Made by a program: the position numbers and the translations under genes | NCBI GenBank assembly: GCA_963702205.1 | Contig: OY969724.1 | Location: 2,528,001-2,592,000 of the forward strand | Source: an uncultured candidate division Zixibacteria bacterium | Lineage (GTDB): Bacteria > Zixibacteria > MSB-5A5 > GN15 > PGXB01 | DNA length: 64,000 bases | Direction of reading: 5' to 3' | The notes under the pieces: generated by a model | Seen by the model: the letters and a program-made list of their open reading frames with translations, nothing else | What the model was told of the DNA's origin: nothing | Databases searched by the model: none | Shown here: one piece after another, positions 9,931 through 18,437 of the stretch | Numbering within the stretch: the stretch's first letter is position 1 | Layout: each line of letters begins with the position of its first letter

Positions 9931-12489
9931 TTACCACCATTTAACCAGTTTGGGAATTCGGTTGTGGATAAGATTATCGTTTTTGGGCATGACACGCGCG
10001 GCGATTCCGAAACGCCCCGATTCCTTGCAGACAACTTCGGTTTTATAAACGAAGATTCCACCTTCGCCGGAACCGTCTTCGAGGCTGGCCTTGACCGGAT
10101 CGTAGTTGTTCATCTGTTCGAGAGAATTCAGGTTGCCGGCGATGACCTCGACGTCGACGTCTTGGGGTAATATCTCGCCCAGCCGGACTTTTAATTTTAC
10201 CGGCAGGATATCGCCGACGCGGGGGGATGTGTCCATCGATGGGGTTTCGACTTCTTCAAACGCGATGTTATCCCAGCGATTGGAAAGTTCTTTTTGCCAC
10301 GATGCCAGGGATTTGGCGGCCGCGAAGTCCCCCGTGCAGAATTTCCGGCAGGCGTCCATGGCGGGCACATAGAAGTTTTGAGTATAATCCCGAACCATAC
10401 GAAAGGCGCTGAAGTCGTTGCAGGCCATGCGAATGGAGTTTTTCATCATGTTCACCCATTCTATGGGAAGACCGGCGCTGTTGCGTTTATAAAACAACGG
10501 GATGACTTCGCGTTCGAGAGTATCGTATAAGAATTGGCCGTCGAGTTTGTCCTGTATCTCGCGGTTTTCGTATTCTTCGCCGTTTCCGATTTTAAAACCG
10601 GTGTCGGGCGTGTATCCTTCGCACCACCAACCGTCGAGGATGGACACGTTCACCGCTCCGTTGAGGGCGGCTTTCATGCCGCTGGTGCCCGAGGCTTCCT
10701 GCGGCCGCCGGGGATTGTTAAGCCAGATGTCGATACCCTGGACCAGATAGCGGGCGACGTTGATATCGTAGTCTTCAAGAAATACCACGCGGCGGCGGAA
10801 ATCATCGCCGGAGGCAATATTTAAAATCTCTTTTATAATTTCTTTGCCGGGATTATCCAGGGGATGGGCCTTGCCGGCGAGCATTATCTGGACCGGCCTT
10901 TCGGCATTCCAGATTATTTTTTTAAGCCTGTCGATGTCTTTGAATAGCAGACCGGCCCTTTTATAGGTCGAGAAGCGCCGGGCAAAGCCGATCGTCAGTA
11001 TTTGCGGGTCGAGGACTTCGTCGGCCTGCTTGATATCTATAGCGCTGGCGCCACGGTGGCCCAGCTGTCCTTTAAGGCGTTTGCGTGCGAAAAAGACCAG
11101 ACGTTCGCGGCGTCTTTGATGGACCCTCCACAACTCGGCATCGGGGATTTTCTGAACGGCTTCCCAGTCCTCGAAACGCGACGGTTGCTTTGTGAATTTG
11201 GGTCCGAAATAGGTGTCGAAAAGATCGACCAAATCGTGACTGAGCCACGACCGAACGTGCACGCCATTGGTGATCGACTTGACCGGGATTTCTTCGACCG
11301 GCAGATTGGGCCAGATATTGTGCCACATCTTGCGGGTAACCTGGCCATGCAGTTTCGAGACGCCGTTGTTGAAGGCGGATAGTTTTAAGGCCGCAACCGT
11401 CATGCAAAACGGTTCTTTGTCGTCGGACGGGAAGACCCGACCAAGTGACAGGAATTGATCCCAGTTAAGGCCGATTTTTTCTACGTAATCTTTGAGATAG
11501 CGTTCCAGGAGTTTGGGATCGAAAGTCTCGTTACCGGCGGGGACGGGGGTATGGGACGTGAAAACCGTCGTGGGCCAGACGACCTGGACGGCTTCGTCGA
11601 AATTCAAGCCGTTGTCATCGATAAGAGTCCGAATTCTTTCCAGCAGAAGGAATGCAGAATGGCCCTCGTTCATGTGATAGACCGACGGTTGTATTCCCAA
11701 CGTTTTCAAAGCTTTAACGCCGCCGATGCCGAGCAGAATCTCCTGTCGGAGGCGCGTGTCTTTATCACCGCTGTAAAGGACCGAGGTGATCTCCCGATAT
11801 TTGGTCGAATTTTCGGGAATATTGGTATCCATAAGGTATAGCGGAGTCACGCCTACCATCGCTTTCCAAACCTGCACGTGGACCGGAGTTCCGGAGAAAT
11901 TAACGGTAAACCTTACCGGATTGCCGCTGGCGTCTTTTTCGAGCGTCACCGGCATGTGGTACCAGTCGTTTTCTTCGTAGCGTTCCTGCTGCCATCCATC
12001 GGAGGACAGAAATTGCCTGAAATAACCATAACGGTACAGCAATCCCACTGCCACCAGAGGCAAACCCATGTCGCTGGCAGCCTTAAGATGGTCTCCGGAA
12101 AGGACGCCCAGACCGCCGGAATAAATCGGCAAACCGGTGTCTATTCCGTATTCACAGGAGAAATAGGCGATTCGGGCCTGCTTATACTGTCCGAATTTGT
12201 CATCAAACCAGCGTTTGGAATCGAGATAGGACTTGTAGTCGGTGTAGACGCGGTCCAGACTGGCCAGAAAGGCCTCATCGGAGGCAACCTCCTCGAGCTT
12301 TTTCTGGGGAAGATAGGCCAGCATTTCAATGGGATTCTGGTAGGATTTTTCCCACATTTCGCTGTCGATGCGGATAAATAGCCGAACTATATCCCAATTC
12401 CACGAAAACCACAAGTTCATGGCCAGTTCGCGAAGGGGTTGTATTCTTTCCGGTAAATTGGGGAGGACTAAAAATTGTTTGACTCTCAT
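9931..12489 (-). CDS. glgP: Alpha-glucan (glycogen/maltodextrin) phosphorylase, GT35
   Basis: YSGGLGVLSGDHLK, HMNEGH, FARRFSTYKRA and the PLP motif EASGTSGMKAALNG. Confidence 0.97.
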   Translation of the reverse strand: MRVKQFLVLPNLPERIQPLRELAMNLWFSWNWDIVRLFIRIDSEMWEKSYQNPIEMLAYLPQKKLEEVASDEAFLASLDRVYTDYKSYLDSKRWFDDKFGQYKQARIAYFSCEYGIDTGLPIYSGGLGVLSGDHLKAASDMGLPLVAVGLLYRYGYFRQFLSSDGWQQERYEENDWYHMPVTLEKDASGNPVRFTVNFSGTPVHVQVWKAMVGVTPLYLMDTNIPENSTKYREITSVLYSGDKDTRLRQEILLGIGGVKALKTLGIQPSVYHMNEGHSAFLLLERIRTLIDDNGLNFDEAVQVVWPTTVFTSHTPVPAGNETFDPKLLERYLKDYVEKIGLNWDQFLSLGRVFPSDDKEPFCMTVAALKLSAFNNGVSKLHGQVTRKMWHNIWPNLPVEEIPVKSITNGVHVRSWLSHDLVDLFDTYFGPKFTKQPSRFEDWEAVQKIPDAELWRVHQRRRERLVFFARKRLKGQLGHRGASAIDIKQADEVLDPQILTIGFARRFSTYKRAGLLFKDIDRLKKIIWNAERPVQIMLAGKAHPLDNPGKEIIKEILNIASGDDFRRRVVFLEDYDINVARYLVQGIDIWLNNPRRPQEASGTSGMKAALNGAVNVSILDGWWCEGYTPDTGFKIGNGEEYENREIQDKLDGQFLYDTLEREVIPLFYKRNSAGLPIEWVNMMKNSIRMACNDFSAFRMVRDYTQNFYVPAMDACRKFCTGDFAAAKSLASWQKELSNRWDNIAFEEVETPSMDTSPRVGDILPVKLKVRLGEILPQDVDVEVIAGNLNSLEQMNNYDPVKASLEDGSGEGGIFVYKTEVVCKESGRFGIAARVMPKNDNLIHNRIPKLVKWW

Positions 12490-12671
12490 ATTCACTGACT
12501 CTGTTTAAAATTCCTTTTTGCGCTGACACCGTCCATATGTCTCATGTCGTCAGTTGACTTTATGAATTTATATCAATTATGATATATATACAAGTTATTT
12601 TGCCGATCTTAAAAAGTAATCTGTATAACATAGGAACACGACAATCCATAATAGAACCAGGGAGATTAAAA

Positions 12672-14246
12672 ATGGAAAAGAATCTTGCAATGTACGGTTT
12701 GACCAATACGGGACAGGTGAGCTGGAATCTTCCGACCCCCGCTTTGTACGAAGAAATAATAAGGAATCGCGAAGGTTTCGTAGGTCACCTGGGACCGATC
12801 GTGGTGCGCACCGGTCATCATACCGGCCGTTCACCGAAAGATAAATTCATCGTCGATGAACCGTCGTCGCACGATAAAATCTGGTGGGGCAAGGAGAACC
12901 GTCCGTTTTCGCCGCAGCAGTTCGATGCGCTGTATTTCCGGGCGCTGGCATATTTGCAAGGCAAGCAGCTCTACGTCCAGGATTGTTATTCCGGCGCGGA
13001 CGAAAAGTACCGCATGCCGGTAAGAATTATAAACGAAACCGCATGGCACAATTTATTTGCCCGCAATATGTTCATCCGGGCGCAAACGGAAGAGGAGCTG
13101 AAAGATTTTCAACCTCAGTTTACCGTCCTGCACATGCCGCATTTTCATGCCGTCCCGGAACTCGATGGCACCAATTCCGAGGCTTTCGTAATTTTGAATT
13201 TCGCCAGGAAAATGGTCCTGATCGGCGGGACCCAGTACGCCGGTGAGATAAAAAAAGCCATCTTTACGGTCATGAACTATTTCCTGCCGCAGAAAAGTGT
13301 GCTGACCATGCACTGTTCGGCCAATATGGGCCACGATGACGACGTGGCGATCTTTTTCGGGCTGTCCGGGACCGGCAAGACGACGCTCTCGACCGACCCG
13401 GAAAGGCGATTGATCGGTGACGACGAGCACGGCTGGAGCGATAGCGGCGTATTTAATTTTGAGGGCGGCTGTTATGCCAAGGTCATAAAGCTTTCCGAAG
13501 AAGGCGAACCGGAAATTTATGAATGTACCCGCAAGTTCGGAACGATACTCGAAAATGTCGCCATAAATAATAATAACCGACGGATCGACCTCGATGACGA
13601 CGGGCTGACCGAAAATACCCGGGCCGCCTACCCGATTACGCACATCGAGAATATCGTGAAAAGAGGCTATGGCGGTCATCCGAAAAATATTATCCTGTTG
13701 ACCGCCGATGCTTTCGGAGTCATGCCCCCGGTCGCGGAGCTCACGCCCGAACATGCCAGGACGTATTTCCTGATCGGTTATACGGCCAAAGTGGCCGGTA
13801 CGGAAAAAGGTATTACGGAACCCAAGGCGACGTACAGCCCGTGTTTCGGCGCTCCTTTCATGGCGCTGGAGCCGGAGGTCTACGCCGATCTGCTGGCTGC
13901 GAAGATTAAGAAGCACGATGTCAAGTGCTGGCTGGTTAATACCGGCTGGATTAACGGGCCGTACGGCACCGGACAAAGAATAAGCATCGCGCATACGCGC
14001 TCGATAGTGCACGCCATACTCGACGGCAGCCTGGCTAAAATGCCGACCAAAATGCACGACATATTTGGCCTGAATATGCCGGAGAAGTGCCCTAACGTGC
14101 CTTCGAAAGTACTCGATCCGGCGTCCGGCTGGACCGACAAACAGGCTTACAAGAGCCAGGCGACAAAACTTGCCCAGTCATTTGAAAATGTTTATAATGA
14201 ATTCGTAACGAATGAAAAAGTAAAGGAAGCCGGAGTTCCAAGTTAA
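12672..14246 (+). CDS. pckA: Phosphoenolpyruvate carboxykinase (ATP)
   Basis: TGRSPKDKFIV, FFGLSGTGKTTLS, LIGDDEHGW, FNFEGGCYAK. ATG at 12672 follows a GGAG RBS. Confidence 0.97.
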   Translation: MEKNLAMYGLTNTGQVSWNLPTPALYEEIIRNREGFVGHLGPIVVRTGHHTGRSPKDKFIVDEPSSHDKIWWGKENRPFSPQQFDALYFRALAYLQGKQLYVQDCYSGADEKYRMPVRIINETAWHNLFARNMFIRAQTEEELKDFQPQFTVLHMPHFHAVPELDGTNSEAFVILNFARKMVLIGGTQYAGEIKKAIFTVMNYFLPQKSVLTMHCSANMGHDDDVAIFFGLSGTGKTTLSTDPERRLIGDDEHGWSDSGVFNFEGGCYAKVIKLSEEGEPEIYECTRKFGTILENVAINNNNRRIDLDDDGLTENTRAAYPITHIENIVKRGYGGHPKNIILLTADAFGVMPPVAELTPEHARTYFLIGYTAKVAGTEKGITEPKATYSPCFGAPFMALEPEVYADLLAAKIKKHDVKCWLVNTGWINGPYGTGQRISIAHTRSIVHAILDGSLAKMPTKMHDIFGLNMPEKCPNVPSKVLDPASGWTDKQAYKSQATKLAQSFENVYNEFVTNEKVKEAGVPS

Positions 14247-14257
14247 GAGAGGGATTT

Positions 14258-15385
14258 ATGGCCGAAAAAATGAAGCTGGGAGTGCTGACCGGGGGAGGAG
14301 ATTGCCCCGGCCTTAATGCCGTGATACGGGCCGTTGTGAAGACGGCTATCAATGACTATGACATGGAAGTGGTCGGCTTTCTGGACGGCTATGAGGGGCT
14401 CGTTGAGAATAGATACAGAGAATTGAAGGCTCGCGATGTTTCAGGCATTCTCACTCTCGGCGGGACGATCCTGGGGACCTCGAACCGGGCCGACCCGTTC
14501 AAATATCCCGTGCTCCAGGGCGACGATTACGTTTATATGGACCGGTCATCACAAGCCGTACAGAATTTCGAACGGCTCGGTCTGGATGCCCTGATCGCGA
14601 TCGGCGGCGATGGTACCATGGCGGCGTCGAACGGGATGACTCAAAAAGGCCTCAATATTATCGGCGTGCCTAAAACGATCGACAATGATTTGATGGGCAC
14701 CGATCAGACGTTCGGCTTCGATTCGGCCGTGGCATCGGCGGCCGATGCCCTCGATAAAGTCCATAGTACGGCTCAGTCTCATCACAGGGTCATGATAGTT
14801 GAAGTCATGGGCCGGTATGCCGGGTGGCTGGCGCTGGCGTCGGGTATCGCGGGCGGCGGCGATATTATCCTGATCCCGGAATTGCCGTATCATATAGACG
14901 TGGTCTGCGACAAAATCCGTGAGCGTAACCGCAAGGGCAAGAACTTCAGCATTATCGTGATCGGTGAAGGAGCCAGGCCTGAGGGCGGCGACATGGTAAT
15001 CAAACGAATGATCGCCAACAGCCCCGATAAGGTCAGGTTGGGGGGAATTTCCAACCAGCTGGCCGCCCAGATTGAGGGTATTACAAATATTGAAACTCGC
15101 GTCACCATTCTCGGGCATTTGCTCCGGGGCGGCACGCCGACCGCTTTCGATCGAATTCTCGCCAGTCGTTTCGGTTCCGAGGCGGTGCATTTGGCCTACT
15201 CAGGTAAATTTGGCCGTATGGTTGCCCTTAAAGGCGCGGATATTGACAGCGTCCCGGTGGAGGAAGTCGCGGGCAGAGTCCGCAAGGTTCCGATCGACTC
15301 TCACTATTTAAAGACGGCCATTTCATTGGGCACTAATATGGGGGTAGAGAAGCTGGAGCCGATAGAAACGCCACAGGAAGTATAG
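14258..15385 (+). CDS. pfkA: 6-phosphofructokinase (PfkA family, group III type)
   Basis: GVLTGGGDCPGLNAVIR, GGTILGTS, IGGDGT, PKTIDND, VEVMGR. Confidence 0.95.
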   Translation: MAEKMKLGVLTGGGDCPGLNAVIRAVVKTAINDYDMEVVGFLDGYEGLVENRYRELKARDVSGILTLGGTILGTSNRADPFKYPVLQGDDYVYMDRSSQAVQNFERLGLDALIAIGGDGTMAASNGMTQKGLNIIGVPKTIDNDLMGTDQTFGFDSAVASAADALDKVHSTAQSHHRVMIVEVMGRYAGWLALASGIAGGGDIILIPELPYHIDVVCDKIRERNRKGKNFSIIVIGEGARPEGGDMVIKRMIANSPDKVRLGGISNQLAAQIEGITNIETRVTILGHLLRGGTPTAFDRILASRFGSEAVHLAYSGKFGRMVALKGADIDSVPVEEVAGRVRKVPIDSHYLKTAISLGTNMGVEKLEPIETPQEV

Positions 15386-15406
15386 AATCAAGATAATTCT
15401 ATTTTG

Positions 15407-15433
15407 AAAGGAGCCTTCGGGCTCCTTTTTTTT
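15407..15433 (+). terminator. Rho-independent terminator of pckA-pfkA
   Basis: GGAGCC-TTCG-GGCTCC-T8, with a cUUCGg tetraloop. Confidence 0.92.
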
Positions 15434-15448
15434 GGCACCGCCAACCGA

Positions 15449-15477
15449 TTGACATTTCGGCCGCAAAAATGTATGTT
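15449..15477 (+). promoter_or_regulatory. Putative sigma70 promoter of tdh-kbl
   Basis: TTGACA-N17-TATGTT about 40 nt upstream of the tdh start. Confidence 0.6.
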
Positions 15478-15519
15478 TGATTTTTTAACGAAGTAAAATT
15501 CTTCCAGAAAGGTTCGGCA

Positions 15520-16590
15520 ATGTCTGAAAAAATGTTGGCGGCCGTAAAGACCAAACCCGAAGCAGGATTCGAGCTGGTTGAAGTCGATATTCCCAAACCG
15601 GGACCAGATGAAGTTCTTATTCAGGTAAAAGCAGCCTCTATTTGCGGCACGGATAAACATATATTAGCATGGGATCCATGGGCACAAGCGAGAATCAAAC
15701 CACCCATGATTTTCGGCCATGAATGCTGCGGGATCGTCGTAGAAATCGGCAAGAACGTCACGAGAGTAAAAACCGGTGATTATATATCCGCCGAAACTCA
15801 TATCCCGTGTCAGCATTGCTTCCAGTGCCGGACCGGAAACATGCACCTGTGTCGCAATCTTGTAATTTTGGGTGTCGATCGGGACGGCATTTTCGCGGAG
15901 TACGCTACGATACCAGAAGTATGCTGCTGGAAAAATCATCCCGATCTTCCGCTTGATATCGCGTCGGTGCAGGAGCCGTTAGGGAACGCCGTATATACCG
16001 TAATGGAAAGCAACGTTGGGGCCAAGCGCATTGCCATAATCGGTGACGGCCCGACCGCCAATCTTGCCTGCGGTGTGGCCAACGTCGTGGGAGCCTCGTT
16101 GATATACAGCCTCGGCATGGCGGATTTCAATTTGAATATCTGCAAAAAGATGGGCGCCGATATTGCCATAAATGTAACCAGGGAAAAAGACTATGTCAAA
16201 CGCATCGTCGATGAAACCGACGGCGGGGTGGATGTCGTACTCGACATGGCCGGGAATAAAAATGCCGTGAGCGACGGTTTCGCCATCCTGAGGAAAACGG
16301 GTACGTACACATCGTTCGGGATATCGTCGACACCGTTCGAGTTCGATATGGCGAATAACATAGTTTTCAAAGGCGCCAAAGTAATTGGCATCAACGGCCG
16401 TAAAATGTTCGAGACATGGTATCAGATTCGGAATTTGCTGGATTATAAACAGTTGATCATTGCTCCGGTGATAACCCATCACTTTGCCTTTAAGGATTTT
16501 GGTAAAGCGGCCGAGACGGCGCTATCGCCGGAAATTGATTCATCCAAGGTCGTCCTGATGCCGTTTCCGGTGGATGAAAACGGAGAATGA
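15520..16590 (+). CDS. tdh: L-threonine 3-dehydrogenase (Zn-dependent MDR)
   Basis: SICGTD.HI..WD.WAQ, GHE, structural Zn CxxCxxC..C, EPLGNAV, INGRKMFETWYQ; adjacent to kbl. Confidence 0.9.
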   Translation: MSEKMLAAVKTKPEAGFELVEVDIPKPGPDEVLIQVKAASICGTDKHILAWDPWAQARIKPPMIFGHECCGIVVEIGKNVTRVKTGDYISAETHIPCQHCFQCRTGNMHLCRNLVILGVDRDGIFAEYATIPEVCCWKNHPDLPLDIASVQEPLGNAVYTVMESNVGAKRIAIIGDGPTANLACGVANVVGASLIYSLGMADFNLNICKKMGADIAINVTREKDYVKRIVDETDGGVDVVLDMAGNKNAVSDGFAILRKTGTYTSFGISSTPFEFDMANNIVFKGAKVIGINGRKMFETWYQIRNLLDYKQLIIAPVITHHFAFKDFGKAAETALSPEIDSSKVVLMPFPVDENGE

Positions 16591-16610
16591 TATAAACCGT
16601 GGAGGAATAG

Positions 16611-17855
16611 ATGCCATACAATAAAGCTCGTGAATTTTATTCTCAAACACTGGACAGCATCAAGAAGGACGGACTTTTAAAAGAAGAGCGATATATCCAT
16701 TCGCCTCAAGCGGCCGATATCAGCGTGGAATATCCGTCGGGCGCGGCTGTATCAAATGTGATTAATCTATGCGCGAATAATTATCTGGGATTATCGAGTC
16801 ATCCTGATGTCATACAGGCCGCCCACGACGGGCTTGAAAATCGGGGCTACGGGATGTCCTCGGTGCGTTTCATCTGCGGTACACAGGACATCCACCGCGA
16901 ACTGGAGCGCAAGATCAGCAAATTCCTCGGCACCGATGATACGATTCTGTTTTCATCGTGCATGGATGCCAACGCCGCCGTGTTCGAAGCACTGTTCGGG
17001 CCGGAGGACGCCCTTATTTGTGACCGGTTGATTCATGCGTCGATAATCGACGGTTGTCGTTTATGTAAAGCGCAGAGACATGTTTATGAGCACGCCGATA
17101 TGTACGTGCTCGAAAAAATATTGAAAGAAACACAATCGGCGCGGTTGCGTCTGATAGTAACCGACGGTGTCTTTTCGATGGACGGGGATTTGGCCAAGCT
17201 CGATAAAATCTGCGCGCTGGCCGATAAGTATGATGCTTTGACTTTTGTCGATGACAGCCACGCCACCGGATTTATCGGGAAGACCGGTCGGGGGACCCAC
17301 GAGCATTTCGGCGTCATGAATAAAATCGATATTATCACGACCACGCTCGGCAAGGCACTGGGCGGTGCCTCGGGCGGCTGTATCAGCGCCCATCAGGAGA
17401 TGGTCGACGTACTGCGGCAGAGAGCACGGACGTACTTGTTTTCAAATTCTCTGCCTCCTGTTATAGCATCGGCCGCCAATAAAGTCATGGATATAATCTC
17501 ATCGACGACTGAGCGGCGCGACAAACTCGAAGAACTAACCAGGTTTTTCCGTTTGGAGATGACATCGCGCGGCTTTGATATAGTACCCGGTTTTCATCCC
17601 ATAGTACCGATTATGCTGTACAATGCCAAATTGGCGCAGGACGTAGCGAAAGATTTGTACTTCAAGGGTATATACGTAATCGGCTTTTTCTTCCCGGTGG
17701 TTCCGCGCGGTGAAGCGAGAATCCGGGTCCAAATTTCCGCCGGACACGAGAACCATCACTTGCAGAAGGCTATCGACGCCTTTACCGAAATCGGGGAGAA
17801 GTACAAGATTCTCGGCAAGTCCAGGGATGACATTATCGAGATGTACGGTACCTGA
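16611..17855 (+). CDS. kbl: Glycine C-acetyltransferase (2-amino-3-ketobutyrate CoA ligase)
   Basis: CANNYLGLS, GMSSVRFICGTQD, TDGVFSMDG, PLP lysine in TLGKALGGA, FPVVPRGEARIRVQISA. Confidence 0.96.
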   Translation: MPYNKAREFYSQTLDSIKKDGLLKEERYIHSPQAADISVEYPSGAAVSNVINLCANNYLGLSSHPDVIQAAHDGLENRGYGMSSVRFICGTQDIHRELERKISKFLGTDDTILFSSCMDANAAVFEALFGPEDALICDRLIHASIIDGCRLCKAQRHVYEHADMYVLEKILKETQSARLRLIVTDGVFSMDGDLAKLDKICALADKYDALTFVDDSHATGFIGKTGRGTHEHFGVMNKIDIITTTLGKALGGASGGCISAHQEMVDVLRQRARTYLFSNSLPPVIASAANKVMDIISSTTERRDKLEELTRFFRLEMTSRGFDIVPGFHPIVPIMLYNAKLAQDVAKDLYFKGIYVIGFFFPVVPRGEARIRVQISAGHENHHLQKAIDAFTEIGEKYKILGKSRDDIIEMYGT

Positions 17856-17880
17856 TATTATAGAATGATCAGCCGGGCGT

Positions 17881-18375
17881 TTAATATCCGGCGTTTAAAT
17901 AAAATTCCAGATAATTGCGACCTTCTTCGGTCAGCTCGTAGTACGTATGATTCCGGTGTTTAATCCATTTATTTTGAGCAATGCCCCTGCGGTACTGCAT
18001 CATGAGCGGTTTGACCCGGGTCAACAATCCCATATCTCTTAGTTTCTGGTGTATATCAAAGACAGTTTGTTTTTCCTTGTGGTACATCGAGGCGACTTTC
18101 AAAGAGTAGTCGACACCCCAGTCGAGATGGTGCCTGAGGATTTTGAAATCCAGTTCGGTCAGTTCGGAGTAGTCTGAGTCCGGTTGGAAATCTTCGGACG
18201 CCAGGATGTCTTGCCAGTTGAGCTGTACGAGGCGACTCTGGTCGGCTTTTTGCAGGCTGGGGCAGGCGGCCTTGTGCACTTTAAGAATATTGTCAAAGCT
18301 GAAATAACCAATGATGGCGTCGTCGATTGTCGGGTGACAACAGTTGGCCAGTATATAATCTTCCTTGAGGTTCAT
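17881..18375 (-). CDS. Small protein: RelA/SpoT RIS (Zn-finger)-like domain fused to a DUF2250-like winged helix
   Basis: N-terminus LANCCHPTIDDAIIGY..KVHKAACPSL..RLVQLNW; C-terminus ILRHH..GVDYS..KHRNHTYYELTEEGR. Confidence 0.75.
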   Translation of the reverse strand: MNLKEDYILANCCHPTIDDAIIGYFSFDNILKVHKAACPSLQKADQSRLVQLNWQDILASEDFQPDSDYSELTELDFKILRHHLDWGVDYSLKVASMYHKEKQTVFDIHQKLRDMGLLTRVKPLMMQYRRGIAQNKWIKHRNHTYYELTEEGRNYLEFYLNAGY

Positions 18376-18437
18376 TCCCTGCTATCTGAGCGACAAGCAA
18401 TCGAACATCCCAAACAGCGCGGCATCATTAATGCAGT

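Noticed and set aside
13053..14057. 334-aa minus-strand ORF
   Set aside because: Antisense to the well-supported pckA; no recognisable protein features.
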